Positions 1 through 9,269 of a DNA stretch of 28,068 nucleotides are shown piece after piece. The first letter of the stretch is position 1, and each line of letters opens with the position of its first letter. Both the position numbers and the translations under genes were made by a program. Below the pieces are notes generated by a model that saw nothing but the letters and a program-made list of their open reading frames with translations, had not been told where the DNA came from and made no database searches. Source of the DNA: a virus (Duplodnaviria > Caudoviricetes); the IMG/VR virus record IMGVR_UViG_3300022696_000244, positions 1 through 28,068 of that record. One strand, written 5' to 3'.

Positions 1-174
1 TGCAGTTGCAGGATCATCAAGATCACTTAAATTATTTGCTATACGTAAAAGCGGTTCTCTTACCAAATCTACTGTTACTTGTTTATCGAATAGACCTTGT
101 CTAGTTAGCATCAAGTCAACGTCATCAGACGTTGCTGCTACAGGTAATTCGTTTATTTGACGTGGATCAGCCAT
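1..174 (-). CDS. Tail fibre protein, N-terminal part (runs off the window edge)
   Basis: Not in the ORF track. ATG at 174 is preceded by AGGGGG (182-187) and the frame is open to base 1: MADPRQINELPVAATSDDVDLMLTRQGLFDKQVTVDLVREPLLRIANNLSDLDDPATA. NNLSDLxDxATA is a common phage tail-fibre motif, and the gene follows the baseplate genes. Confidence 0.7.
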   Translation of the reverse strand, partial: MADPRQINELPVAATSDDVDLMLTRQGLFDKQVTVDLVREPLLRIANNLSDLDDPATA

Positions 175-188
175 TTTAAAACCCCCTA

Positions 189-665
189 TTAATCGTTAAT
201 TATTTGACTTTGACCATACGCAATAATATTAGCAGCCGTACCACCACTGATCGCTTGTGTGCCATCAACGCCAGTTGCTCCTAATGTTAAAACGTTATTA
301 CTTAATACATTCAACACAGGTGCGCCAGAAGCCGCTCTAAATCCTGTTGCATGTATATAATTTGCAGGCGTTGTTATGTCCACCGCATACAAAACTATTA
401 AACTATCATCAATTGGAAATAAGGCAACGCCATCCCCATCAGTTGTTGTGAATCTGTCTTGCAATAAATAATTATGATAATTTAACCATTCATATGTTGA
501 ACGTGCTAAAAAATTAAAAAATTGTCTTGCAGGCATTTCAAAGGTGTTCCACCCTACGTTTTTTTTACTCTCAGGTGGTTCTATGACGTTATTTATTCCG
601 CTTATTGTGCTTTCAGTATCAACTGTTGCCCATCTCGGTAGCTCTATTGTTGGCCTTGTTACCAT
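189..665 (-). CDS. Tail fibre / baseplate-associated protein
   Basis: N-terminal LPRWA...EPPESKKNVGW...PARQFFNFL resembles the N-termini of myophage tail-fibre proteins. AGGGGG RBS at 671-676. Position after the baseplate wedge genes. Confidence 0.6.
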   Translation of the reverse strand: MVTRPTIELPRWATVDTESTISGINNVIEPPESKKNVGWNTFEMPARQFFNFLARSTYEWLNYHNYLLQDRFTTTDGDGVALFPIDDSLIVLYAVDITTPANYIHATGFRAASGAPVLNVLSNNVLTLGATGVDGTQAISGGTAANIIAYGQSQIIND

Positions 666-1386
666 TTATTCCCCCTATAAATGTACCATTATTATTTCTT
701 TTCCTAGCTAATGCCTTTAAACGCATTTTAGCTTTTGTTTCTTCAGAATGTTTTCTTCCTATACTTCTTATTTTAGCAGCTTTTTTCATTTTTAATATAG
801 TTTCTTTGGATGCTTTTTTCCCAAGTTTTGCTTGACTCATTTTCTTTTTTGTTTCATCAGAAATTATTTTACCTGTATTTTTTTCTATAATAGTTTTTCT
901 ATATGATTCATCTTGCCATCTATTTTTTGAATGTTCAGAAATCTTTTGTTTAGTTTCATTTGATAATTTTTTACCTGTAGAAATATTTCTTAAATATTCA
1001 ATCATTTCAGGATTGTTTTTATAAAATTCTTTATTTGCATTACTAATTTTTTTTCTTAATTCTTTAGTCATTTTTCTTTTTTTATTGTATTTTATTAAAT
1101 CAGCTTCATGCATAATATTAAAACATTTATCTAAATTATCATTTATATAATTTGTTTCTAATTCTAATAATTTTTGTTTATCAATATTTTTAAATTCTTC
1201 TAAGATAATGAACTTAAAATTATCTTTTCCATATTTATTATAAGATTCTTGTAATATTTGATTTGTATGAATATTTTTAGATAGCATATTAAAATGATCA
1301 TTATTTCTTCTATTTAAATACATAGAAGATCCTATATATACTTGATCTGTTTTAATATTTTTTAACATATAAATTCCTATTCTCAT
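619..1386 (-). CDS. Free-standing GIY-YIG homing endonuclease with NUMOD3-like repeats
   Basis: GIYMLKNIKTDQVYIGSS motif with the downstream R, H, E and N residues, plus repeats GKKLSNETKQKIS, GKIISDETKKKMS and GRKHSEETKAKM. Start moved from 1404 to ATG 1386, which follows GGAGG at 1394-1398. The 3' end overlaps the next gene by 47 nt. Confidence 0.92.
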   Translation of the reverse strand: MRIGIYMLKNIKTDQVYIGSSMYLNRRNNDHFNMLSKNIHTNQILQESYNKYGKDNFKFIILEEFKNIDKQKLLELETNYINDNLDKCFNIMHEADLIKYNKKRKMTKELRKKISNANKEFYKNNPEMIEYLRNISTGKKLSNETKQKISEHSKNRWQDESYRKTIIEKNTGKIISDETKKKMSQAKLGKKASKETILKMKKAAKIRSIGRKHSEETKAKMRLKALARKRNNNGTFIGGINGNKANNRATEMGNS

Positions 1387-1427
1387 GACATAACCTCCAA
1401 CCATCTATTAATTGAAGTAGTATATCA
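1385..1427 (-). promoter_or_regulatory. Extended -10 promoter within an imperfect RBS-sequestering hairpin (GIY-YIG #1)
   Basis: TG-A-TATACT at 1427-1419. UGAUAUA..ACUUC.AAUUA can pair with UGGUUGGAGGU.UAUGUCA, using several G-U pairs. Confidence 0.5.
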
Positions 1428-2393
1428 TTAATTAATATTCTCATCTACCATTACCTCTGCTAATTTCCCACCACCGTCAGGACTTTGGTCAAGGAAAAAT
1501 ATTGCTAAAGGTCCAGGATCAGATTCAACTTCTTCAACCTGTATTAAAAATAATTGTTCGTTACTACTCTCTAAAAATCCGCCATCGTCTAATTCTAATG
1601 GAGGTGTTGCATATGCACTGTTATTTATCTCTAACTCACCATCGTCATCAAGAATAAATAAACCAAGCGATAATTCACTAAAGCCTTGAAACCCATCATC
1701 AGATAATGCAACTTCTGTAGTTATCACATCTAATTGCGCACCATCATCTAACTCAAATAAACCACCGTCATCAGTAACTAAATATGCACTTAAAAATTCA
1801 AATACACCAAATAAAGGCGTTTCTCCAAGTGAGAAGATTACGGATATATAATCTATTGCCGTCGGTGATAAAAACTTTAAAAATAATACTAATTCTTGTG
1901 GCACATCAAGCGCACTTCTTGTCTCAAACTCACCACCATCATCAGTTTCTAAAACACCACCGTCATCTAATTGCAATGGAAAGGTCAATAATACCGCACC
2001 ACTTATATCTAATGTATTAGGTCCATCTGTAAATATCTGATAACCAGCTGGATAGTTTTCCCAATATCGTAAAAAATTACCCGCACTCAAAACACGAGTA
2101 GCTTTTATTATCGCCTCTGGATCCGCCTTAGATGTATTAATAAATATCTGAAAGTATAATGCAGCACGATAAGCTTCGTCATCACGACCAAAACGCGGCT
2201 GCCCTAATATAACACCTAACCTATCTAGTTGTTCACCCTCAGCAAGCTCTAACCAACGCTTTAATAATAAATCATCTAATGTAGTCTCAGCTTGCGTTAG
2301 GCCAGCAGTCAATGCACGTGCTAAGCCCTCTATAGCTGCAGCCCCTTTAAACTGTTCAATAAATAATTCAATACTATCGTCAACTATACTCAT
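1428..2393 (-). CDS. Baseplate wedge protein (DUF2612-like) with acidic DDGG repeats in the C-terminal half
   Basis: AEGEQLDRLGVILGQPR...DDEAYRAAL motif typical of DUF2612-type proteins. Lies directly downstream of baseplate J. Confidence 0.75.
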   Translation of the reverse strand: MSIVDDSIELFIEQFKGAAAIEGLARALTAGLTQAETTLDDLLLKRWLELAEGEQLDRLGVILGQPRFGRDDEAYRAALYFQIFINTSKADPEAIIKATRVLSAGNFLRYWENYPAGYQIFTDGPNTLDISGAVLLTFPLQLDDGGVLETDDGGEFETRSALDVPQELVLFLKFLSPTAIDYISVIFSLGETPLFGVFEFLSAYLVTDDGGLFELDDGAQLDVITTEVALSDDGFQGFSELSLGLFILDDDGELEINNSAYATPPLELDDGGFLESSNEQLFLIQVEEVESDPGPLAIFFLDQSPDGGGKLAEVMVDENIN

Positions 2394-3826
2394 AATATAT
2401 TAACCGTAATTCTTGTTAAATCAAAATCACCAATCTCAACTTCATCTATAGTTAAGTTAGCAGCGCTATAAGCACCAGGAGGCCCCACAGCCGTTGCCGA
2501 CGTTGCTAAAGTTAAATCAATTAATTCTATGCCACCAACATTATAAATAGGCTGCGTAAATTCTTGATAAAGAATATCTTCACCAACATTATAAGATTGA
2601 CCAAATGCAAGTATCGCAGCTGCAACGTCATCTGCACCAGTTGCACTAAACTCACCAGAAATTACCGTTAAATCTACCTCTACCCATACATAAACAGGTT
2701 CAGGTCTTGAGAAAAATATAGATTGTGAATCGCCATTACTATCTGTAATAATTACGTTAACGTTGCCAGTTGTCTGTATGCCAGCAGGCTTTAATTCCCA
2801 TATCTTTTCTGCAATCTCAGTGTCATCACCACCTTGTACAACAGTCTCAAAACTATGCGCAGGCCTGCCATCAACTTCAAACGGTTCTCTATTTTCAAAT
2901 ACAAGCGCATTTAATACATCTTGAACCTCTTGACGCAATCTTGCCTGTATAGCTTCTACCGAACCTGCACCAAGTACTCTTATTGAGTTTAAGCGTCTAA
3001 TTCTTAACTCCTGATCTGTTTCTAAATTTCGACCCGCAACACCATTTTCTATATTAGAGATAGCATCCCATCCGCTAACAGGCGTTACGATCTCTGTAAA
3101 AGTCCCAGATAAAACTGTTATAGGACCTGTGTCTATAGCTTCAAAAAGCAATGGAGATGTTCTTGATGTGATAGTAAGTTCACTACCTACACTTCCATTA
3201 AAACCAAGATCATCTTGATCAGTAGTAATATCAAATTCGCCACCGCCAAGATCATTAGCAGTAACAGGTTCGGTTTCTCCATTAATTGCAGATACTAATC
3301 CTGCAGCAATTGTTAAGTTAGTTGCAGCAACTCCACTATTATATGTGATGGAAGTGCCATTAATAACTACCGTATAATCAGTGCTATCTGCAACTGTTGT
3401 TACCTCAATTACTAATATTTGTGCATTACTTCTTGTTATAAAACCATCTTCTGGGTTTTCAAATATTTCGCCAGTCTCTGCAACCGCAACTTGCGACCCT
3501 GCTGGTATTAATGTAGATTGGTCACCAGTTATAGATGCTAATACTCTTGTCTTAGTTGCCTCTAATCTTCTTATGCCTACCAAGTCAACAGCGTTATCTA
3601 AACTTATACCCTCAGCAGTTGCTGGATATTGAGAAAAATAAGTGTTCTCCATTTCCTGCCATAAATCTGCAATGATATTAGAAAATATACCTATCAATTG
3701 ACCAAATACACTATCAGGATCTGTATTGACTTCACCAAACTCATCTAAAACCGCTTGCTCTAATTCCGCTTTTATATCCGATAAACGCTTACGTACAAAG
3801 CCCAAAGGAGTAAGTCCAAAACTCAT
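2390..3826 (-). CDS. Baseplate J / gp47-like wedge protein
   Basis: Motifs TAEGISLD, GRNLETDQELRIR, PAHSFETVVQGG and KPAGI. Gene order in the baseplate module. Confidence 0.9.
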   Translation of the reverse strand: MSFGLTPLGFVRKRLSDIKAELEQAVLDEFGEVNTDPDSVFGQLIGIFSNIIADLWQEMENTYFSQYPATAEGISLDNAVDLVGIRRLEATKTRVLASITGDQSTLIPAGSQVAVAETGEIFENPEDGFITRSNAQILVIEVTTVADSTDYTVVINGTSITYNSGVAATNLTIAAGLVSAINGETEPVTANDLGGGEFDITTDQDDLGFNGSVGSELTITSRTSPLLFEAIDTGPITVLSGTFTEIVTPVSGWDAISNIENGVAGRNLETDQELRIRRLNSIRVLGAGSVEAIQARLRQEVQDVLNALVFENREPFEVDGRPAHSFETVVQGGDDTEIAEKIWELKPAGIQTTGNVNVIITDSNGDSQSIFFSRPEPVYVWVEVDLTVISGEFSATGADDVAAAILAFGQSYNVGEDILYQEFTQPIYNVGGIELIDLTLATSATAVGPPGAYSAANLTIDEVEIGDFDLTRITVNIL

Positions 3827-4191
3827 GGCAATACCTCATTAAAAACAATTGGTCCATCATCAGTTAAGACACTAAAATCAACAATTAATTGACGTGAAAA
3901 ATTATTGTAATCAAGTGTAAAACTGGTTAACTGAATTACTCGAGGTGTTTCGATAATGACTGTTTTTAAGATATTTTCGACCTGCTGAATATCAGATCCT
4001 TTTTCTAGAATAGATTGTAGATAAGGCACGCCCGCTGTACGGTTTAAAAACCATTCTGTAAAGAAGAATTTTAAACGTACCTTTAAACGCTGTGCTGTTG
4101 AATCAACATCATTAACAAGTTGTAAATCATATGCTTTGACTTGAAGATCATGACTTACAGTGTCAAGTTTCAAGTCTCTATTTTGTGTCAT
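3823..4191 (-). CDS. Baseplate wedge / sheath initiator (gp25/gp46-like)
   Basis: QRLKVRLKFFFTEWFLNRTAGVPY motif. Lies between the spike and baseplate J. Confidence 0.8.
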   Translation of the reverse strand: MTQNRDLKLDTVSHDLQVKAYDLQLVNDVDSTAQRLKVRLKFFFTEWFLNRTAGVPYLQSILEKGSDIQQVENILKTVIIETPRVIQLTSFTLDYNNFSRQLIVDFSVLTDDGPIVFNEVLP

Positions 4192-4222
4192 AAAGAATTC
4201 CCCCCCGAATCTTTATAAATTA

Positions 4223-4252
4223 ATCATAACATTGTAATTTTTACATTACAAT
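4223..4252 (-). promoter_or_regulatory. Putative sigma70-type promoter overlapped by an 8-bp inverted repeat
   Basis: TTGTAA (4251-4246), 17-nt spacer, TG-T-TATGAT (-10 at 4228-4223). Inverted repeat ATTGTAAT (4231-4238) / ATTACAAT (4245-4252). Confidence 0.5.
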
Positions 4253-4258
4253 CAGATA

Positions 4259-5029
4259 TTAAACAGGCGTACCCGTATTGCTACCACCAGATTGAACGCC
4301 GCTATGTACATGCGATTGTAAACTAATGGTTCCAGCGGTTATATCTCCATCACTATCTATTGTGGATGTTGTCACAACAGGTCCATCTATAGATACATTT
4401 CCACCACCACCACCTGTAATTGTCGATGTTATACCAGTTGCAGAAGTTCCTATTAAGTTAGCTGTCATTGTTAAGTTATTAGTTGCAGACATTGCTATAT
4501 TATTACCCGCTGTCATGGTAATATCATTGCCCGCATTTATATTTACATTTGTTGGCGTGTCTATATTCACATCACCACTTGCAGTTATTCTTACTGTCGT
4601 AGAATTATATTTTATTAAAACATCAGTGTTGTTCTCTGATAAGGATGCAACATTAAATGGATATAAACCCGGTATAGCAATCGCATCTGTTAAATCAAAC
4701 TTTCTAGTATCACCCGGTATTTGCTGCCCACCTAATGCTAACCAGTTCTCCATTGCACGCTCTGAAAATAATAACAATACATAATCACCTTTATTTACTG
4801 GAAATGTCATGGACGCATTTGATGATCTTGGCCACACCACTGGTACACTGACTACAACTGGTAAACTTTGAGATTTACCATCCTTATAACTCTTTTTTAT
4901 TAATGGCAATACTGATGCCTTCTGAATTGTATGATCATAACTCTCTATTCGACCAGGCATGCAAGTATGCATGTTATTCATCATGCTTTTAAATGCTACA
5001 TTTAATACGTCACTTAAAATATTATCCAT
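4259..5029 (-). CDS. Baseplate central spike (Gp138/gpV-like)
   Basis: N-terminal HTCMPGRIESYD..., VPVVWP, FPVNKGD and RKFDLTDAIAIPG motifs, a beta-repeat middle region, and C-terminal HVHSGVQSGG (HxH metal-binding tip). Confidence 0.9.
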   Translation of the reverse strand: MDNILSDVLNVAFKSMMNNMHTCMPGRIESYDHTIQKASVLPLIKKSYKDGKSQSLPVVVSVPVVWPRSSNASMTFPVNKGDYVLLLFSERAMENWLALGGQQIPGDTRKFDLTDAIAIPGLYPFNVASLSENNTDVLIKYNSTTVRITASGDVNIDTPTNVNINAGNDITMTAGNNIAMSATNNLTMTANLIGTSATGITSTITGGGGGNVSIDGPVVTTSTIDSDGDITAGTISLQSHVHSGVQSGGSNTGTPV

Positions 5030-5030
5030 G

Positions 5031-5954
5031 TTACCCCTCTATTGTTGGTCTTGAAATCGTTACTGTTTTACCGGGCAAGATAACCTCTGCAGGTGGTGTT
5101 ATTTCTACTATTGTAAACTCAGTTATAAAATCACCAGCCCAGTTATCACCAGTATGCGTTACTTTCTCTACTCTAAATTCTGGCTGCTCTAATTGCACAT
5201 TAGGACTTTCTAAAAATACTTTTATACCCGGCTCAATATCAGGATTTAATAACATTTTTATTCTGTAACCGGGCTTAGGTTGTGCCCCCGCCAAGTTAGC
5301 TTCCAAATCATGAAGCTTCTCAGGCTGCTCAATTAAACCCTCTAATTGAGATATAATAATTTCCTGTGTCTTGGTAACATTTCTTTTTTTTATTATTTGT
5401 ATCTCTTCATTTTGCACAGACCATTCTAAACCTGCTTTATCAATTACCTTATTCAATGCTTCCTTAACGCTGCCACTATGAGAAAACCCCTGCAAATATG
5501 TTTCCTTTATGTCATCAGGTATTTCTTTTATTGGTAATTGTAATTTATTAGCTAAGTCTCTTATAATATCACTAGACTTTGAACCCTCTTCATAACTAAC
5601 GCTTGCCCTTGTTTCTCTTGTCTTCTTTACTCCATCTCCACATGTTAATGTTGATATAATATCTGGTAAGTTTTTCTTATGATTAATCTTAGTTAGCTGT
5701 CCCTTAAACATTAATTTATTGCCATACCCTTCCGAGTAACCTGCACTTATTGTTAGAGTATCATCAAACTCCCTAAGCAAGCTTCTGGTATATTCACTTA
5801 AGTTATAAACATCAACCTTAGCTGTATTGCTATCCGCCTTTGTGTTTTTCTCAACCATAAAAGCAATACGCAAAGTTGAAGCCGCAAAATTCTGATCTAA
5901 ACCAGTTTCAGGGTTATTTATGTTTACTAATATATCCCTAAGAAATAATGCCAT
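5031..5954 (-). CDS. Baseplate hub protein
   Basis: NTAKVDVYNLS, ISAGY, WSVQNEEIQI and LLNPDIEPG motifs. Gene order. ATG 5954 preferred because it follows GAGG. Confidence 0.75.
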   Translation of the reverse strand: MALFLRDILVNINNPETGLDQNFAASTLRIAFMVEKNTKADSNTAKVDVYNLSEYTRSLLREFDDTLTISAGYSEGYGNKLMFKGQLTKINHKKNLPDIISTLTCGDGVKKTRETRASVSYEEGSKSSDIIRDLANKLQLPIKEIPDDIKETYLQGFSHSGSVKEALNKVIDKAGLEWSVQNEEIQIIKKRNVTKTQEIIISQLEGLIEQPEKLHDLEANLAGAQPKPGYRIKMLLNPDIEPGIKVFLESPNVQLEQPEFRVEKVTHTGDNWAGDFITEFTIVEITPPAEVILPGKTVTISRPTIEG

Positions 5955-6273
5955 TAACCTCATCCTCAGTTAAGTAAACTAATTTTACATTGGTACCTAA
6001 ATCATTGCGACCAATACGCTCTAATCTACCAGTTATATCAACAGGAACTATTGCACCCGGTGGAACATCACCACGACGATATCTAAATAATATTTCATAA
6101 TTAATAACTAACTTAATGCCACCAATTAAAATATTTCCCTGCCTGTCTTTTAAATCCATTGTCCAATATTCATGTCTACTATTCCATATCAAAGCTATAC
6201 GATATGTAGCACCCTCTAATGCAATCTCAAAACTATATGCTGGCAAACTTTGAGTTGGTATTATAAAACTCAT
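5938..6273 (-). CDS. Small baseplate protein
   Basis: 111 aa with LIWNSRHEYWTMDL and GIKLV motifs. Conserved position between the tube-initiator and hub genes. Confidence 0.65.
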   Translation of the reverse strand: MSFIIPTQSLPAYSFEIALEGATYRIALIWNSRHEYWTMDLKDRQGNILIGGIKLVINYEILFRYRRGDVPPGAIVPVDITGRLERIGRNDLGTNVKLVYLTEDEVNGIIS

Positions 6274-6275
6274 CT

Positions 6276-6911
6276 CTAAACTCCTGTTAAAGTACTAGTT
6301 ACTCTACCTAAAACATCAGATGCTATATCACGAGCCGCTGTATCTAATGCCTGATATTGCTGCGCTGTTGCTGCATTTAAATTAGGTAAGTTAGTTGTTA
6401 AATCAACTGGCGTAAATCTACCAAGGTTAAGACGGCTAGATGCTTGATCTACAACACCATTAACCTCAGATAATACATCCTCAAATAATTCTATAGTTAA
6501 GCTGCCAACCCTATTTACTTTCTTTAACTCAACAGTAAATCTTATTGACTGACCTGTATTCTGATCTCTAGGCACCGATATACGTGTTATTGCCATATCT
6601 GTATAAACTCTATAACCAGTAACAGCTGTTACTAATTGTCTTGCTTCTCTTATTGCATATAACTCATCAAATGTTGTTTGAGAATTAAACCCAGATGCTA
6701 AACTTAAAGGAGAATCAGAAACAAAACCCTGTATTGTTACCCTCTCAGGATCCAATATGATATGATCTGAAATCCTCGCACCTGTCTCAATAGGCTGGTC
6801 TGTTACTGTACATGTAGCTTCATGATTTTCTGATAAAGTTGCCTCTATAACTAAAGTTCCTATTGCTGTTTTTCTTTGACCCCTAGGATTATATAATAAT
6901 GATATTGCCAT
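6276..6911 (-). CDS. Tail tube initiator / Dit-like baseplate protein
   Basis: ENHE...VTDQPIETGARISDHIILDP and VTGYRVYTDMAI motifs. Directly after the tape measure gene. Confidence 0.75.
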   Translation of the reverse strand: MAISLLYNPRGQRKTAIGTLVIEATLSENHEATCTVTDQPIETGARISDHIILDPERVTIQGFVSDSPLSLASGFNSQTTFDELYAIREARQLVTAVTGYRVYTDMAITRISVPRDQNTGQSIRFTVELKKVNRVGSLTIELFEDVLSEVNGVVDQASSRLNLGRFTPVDLTTNLPNLNAATAQQYQALDTAARDIASDVLGRVTSTLTGV

Positions 6912-6917
6912 AATTTT

Positions 6918-8474
6918 TTACTCTAATTCAGGGTTATTAACTAAAACATTTTGCAAGCTGTTTTCATATTCTTCTCTAAACGCTTCACGTGCAGCTTGTT
7001 TTAAAAATGCAGATTGCTCCTCAGATGTGCCCGCAGGTACGTTAACTGTTATATCTGATTTAACATTTACATTTCTTGAACTATTAGATGTGTTTACATT
7101 ATTGACAGGTTGGAAAGCAGCCATAGGCCTTTGCTCTACCATTTCACCTATAGTTCCACTTGTTATGCGATCTGTTATCTCTTGTCTGTTTCCACTTTGT
7201 CTTAATTGCTCTGCTGGCGTAAAATTCTGCGCGCCTGTTTTTAAGTTTCTATTAACGTCAACATTAACTTCATTATCTTCATCAAGTAAACCTAATAACT
7301 CACCTACCCATTTAACTGCATCGATAACAGTACCAACCACTCCACTAATAGCATTGGATAACATATCCCATGTAGCAAATACCCAGTCAGGTATCCATAA
7401 TTTAACTTGATCCCAATAAGCTATTAATAAAACAATAGCTGCTGTAATTGCAAATATAACTGCCGATAAAGGAGCCGTTGAAATAGACGCAAATATACCA
7501 GCTAAACCTACAGCCCTAAGTGCAGATACTAAACTTACAAGAGCACCTATAAAGTTAGATAATTTAGCTGCAACAAAAAATGCAAATAATAACTTTAATG
7601 CATTGGCTGATCCACCTACAACTTGCGCAAAGAAATCAAACGTATCTATTAAAGCTGATAATACTGCCCATAAACCTTTTAAGAATGTGATAGTACCTTC
7701 AATAAAGCTTTGTATTCTTACTTTAATTAATTCTCTGTTAATTAATACAAAATCTCTAAAACTATCAAATAAATCTGTAAATACTGGCAATAATTCTCCG
7801 CCAATAAGATTTTTTAAACCTCTCATTACTTCGTTAGCTTCAAATAAACTATCTGTAAAAACTTCTGAAGCTGTTAAGGTTTCTTTATCAATTACTATTC
7901 CTAATTCATGGGCTCTTTGTCTTAATTCATCTAATGTATCTCTATTTTGAATTAAAAATGTTCCCATTCTTTGGCCTGATCTACCAAATAAATCCTGAGA
8001 TATAGAAGCTCTTATTGATGCATCTTCAACTTCTCTTAATTTATCTCCTACTTCTTCTAATAAAACTTCATTTGATTTCATTTCACCATTAGCATCACGA
8101 ACAGTAATACCTAAATATTCTAATTGTGTAGCAGCAATGCCAGTACCTTGAGCAGCCTGACCCATTGATCTTGAAAATAATTTTAAACCTTTTTCTAGTT
8201 CTCCTTGAGAAATACCAGCAATATTTGCTGCATAAGCATATTCTTGTAAAGCATCAGTGCCTATACCTAAATCTCTAGCGGTTTTAGCAATATTATCGCC
8301 TTGTTCTGCTGTTGAAGATGCAAGTTTAAATAAACCAGCCGCAGCAGCAGCAGCCGCCGCTCCAACAGCAAGTATACTGGTCTTTATCTGATCCATACTT
8401 TGATTTATAGATCGAAGTTTTTTATCATCAACCTTAAAACCAATAGAAGTAGTTAACTCCCGGACTGTTGCCAT
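6918..8474 (-). CDS. Tail tape measure protein
   Basis: Helical, Ala-rich 518-aa protein with a hydrophobic segment. Located after the tube and chaperone genes. GGAGG RBS lies in the end of the HNH gene. Confidence 0.88.
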   Translation of the reverse strand: MATVRELTTSIGFKVDDKKLRSINQSMDQIKTSILAVGAAAAAAAAGLFKLASSTAEQGDNIAKTARDLGIGTDALQEYAYAANIAGISQGELEKGLKLFSRSMGQAAQGTGIAATQLEYLGITVRDANGEMKSNEVLLEEVGDKLREVEDASIRASISQDLFGRSGQRMGTFLIQNRDTLDELRQRAHELGIVIDKETLTASEVFTDSLFEANEVMRGLKNLIGGELLPVFTDLFDSFRDFVLINRELIKVRIQSFIEGTITFLKGLWAVLSALIDTFDFFAQVVGGSANALKLLFAFFVAAKLSNFIGALVSLVSALRAVGLAGIFASISTAPLSAVIFAITAAIVLLIAYWDQVKLWIPDWVFATWDMLSNAISGVVGTVIDAVKWVGELLGLLDEDNEVNVDVNRNLKTGAQNFTPAEQLRQSGNRQEITDRITSGTIGEMVEQRPMAAFQPVNNVNTSNSSRNVNVKSDITVNVPAGTSEEQSAFLKQAAREAFREEYENSLQNVLVNNPELE

Positions 8475-8478
8475 AATT

Positions 8479-9195
8479 TCATTCCTCCAGTTTATTTTGT
8501 TTTCTGGAATTTTCTTTATAACAAATAATTCTTAAATTATTTTCATAATGTAACCCAGATACGTTGTTTGCTCTTAATGGAATGATATGATCAACAGCAT
8601 ATTTTTTTCTTCCTTCTTTTTTGTTCATTTCATAACATTCTTTATAAATAGAATTTATCTTTTCTAAATTTGCCCATGATGGAGTATGCAATTTTTTAAT
8701 AGCATCACGTGTTCTTTTATAATTTAAATGTCTTTCATAATCTTCATAATAAAGTTCACGTCTTCTTTCTAAAAGCTTCTCACCTTTTATTTCTCTATAT
8801 AATCTATTTTTTTTAATAGCTTTTTCTATATTTGCATTTCTAAAGTCACGAGCTTTTTTATTTATTTTTTCACGATTATTCTCACGATATTTTTTAGAAC
8901 GTTCACGGCATTCTTTACGATATTGTTCAATTCCAACTCTTTCTAAATAACGTTTATATTCTTCAGAATAATCTCTTGGATTATTGTCTCTATATTCCTG
9001 ATTTTTTTGTAATATTCTTTCTTTATTATTCTCATAATAATCTTTTTTTCTTTGTTTTACTTTTTCAGTATTATTTTTTCGATATTGATTAACTTGATTT
9101 CTAGTACATTCTTTACACCAAGAACTATAAATATTCTTATGCAAATAAAAATTATCAAAAGATTTTAAAGCATGACATTTACTACAATTTTTCAT
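8479..9195 (-). CDS. Free-standing HNH homing endonuclease
   Basis: N-terminal CSKC...CKEC zinc-finger-like motif, K/R/E/Y-rich helical repeats, C-terminal VDHIIPL...SGLH..NNL......N..K.N. Likely start ATG 9195 after AGGGAG. The frame is open upstream to ATG 9273. Confidence 0.9.
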   Translation of the reverse strand: MKNCSKCHALKSFDNFYLHKNIYSSWCKECTRNQVNQYRKNNTEKVKQRKKDYYENNKERILQKNQEYRDNNPRDYSEEYKRYLERVGIEQYRKECRERSKKYRENNREKINKKARDFRNANIEKAIKKNRLYREIKGEKLLERRRELYYEDYERHLNYKRTRDAIKKLHTPSWANLEKINSIYKECYEMNKKEGRKKYAVDHIIPLRANNVSGLHYENNLRIICYKENSRKQNKLEE

Positions 9196-9249
9196 ATAAA
9201 AACTCCCTAAGTTATAATCAGAAATATTATAACAAAGATTGGTTTTATA
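9194..9249 (-). promoter_or_regulatory. Extended -10 promoter within an RBS-sequestering hairpin (HNH)
   Basis: TG-T-TATAAT (9234-9226). Perfect inverted repeat GTTATAAT (9211-9218) / ATTATAAC (9226-9233), extended by UCUUU:AGGGA and UAUAAAAC:GUUUUUAUA, which covers the RBS. Confidence 0.6.
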
Positions 9250-9269
9250 ATCTAATAGTTTAACTGTTG

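Noticed and set aside
1400-1420. CTACTT...AATAGAT shared by the leaders of both GIY-YIG genes (also at 14884-14899)
   Set aside because: The spacing differs (5 vs 3 nt), the position relative to the -10 box differs, and there are only two instances.
660-1452. 7-bp AATGGTA on both sides of GIY-YIG #1 (660-666 and 1446-1452) as a target duplication
   Set aside because: Too short to be significant in AT-rich DNA, and joining the copies would fuse the two flanking genes in frame. It cannot be supported without relatives.
8335-8362. (GCA/GCC)n triplet run
   Set aside because: It encodes an ordinary alanine stretch of the tape measure protein.
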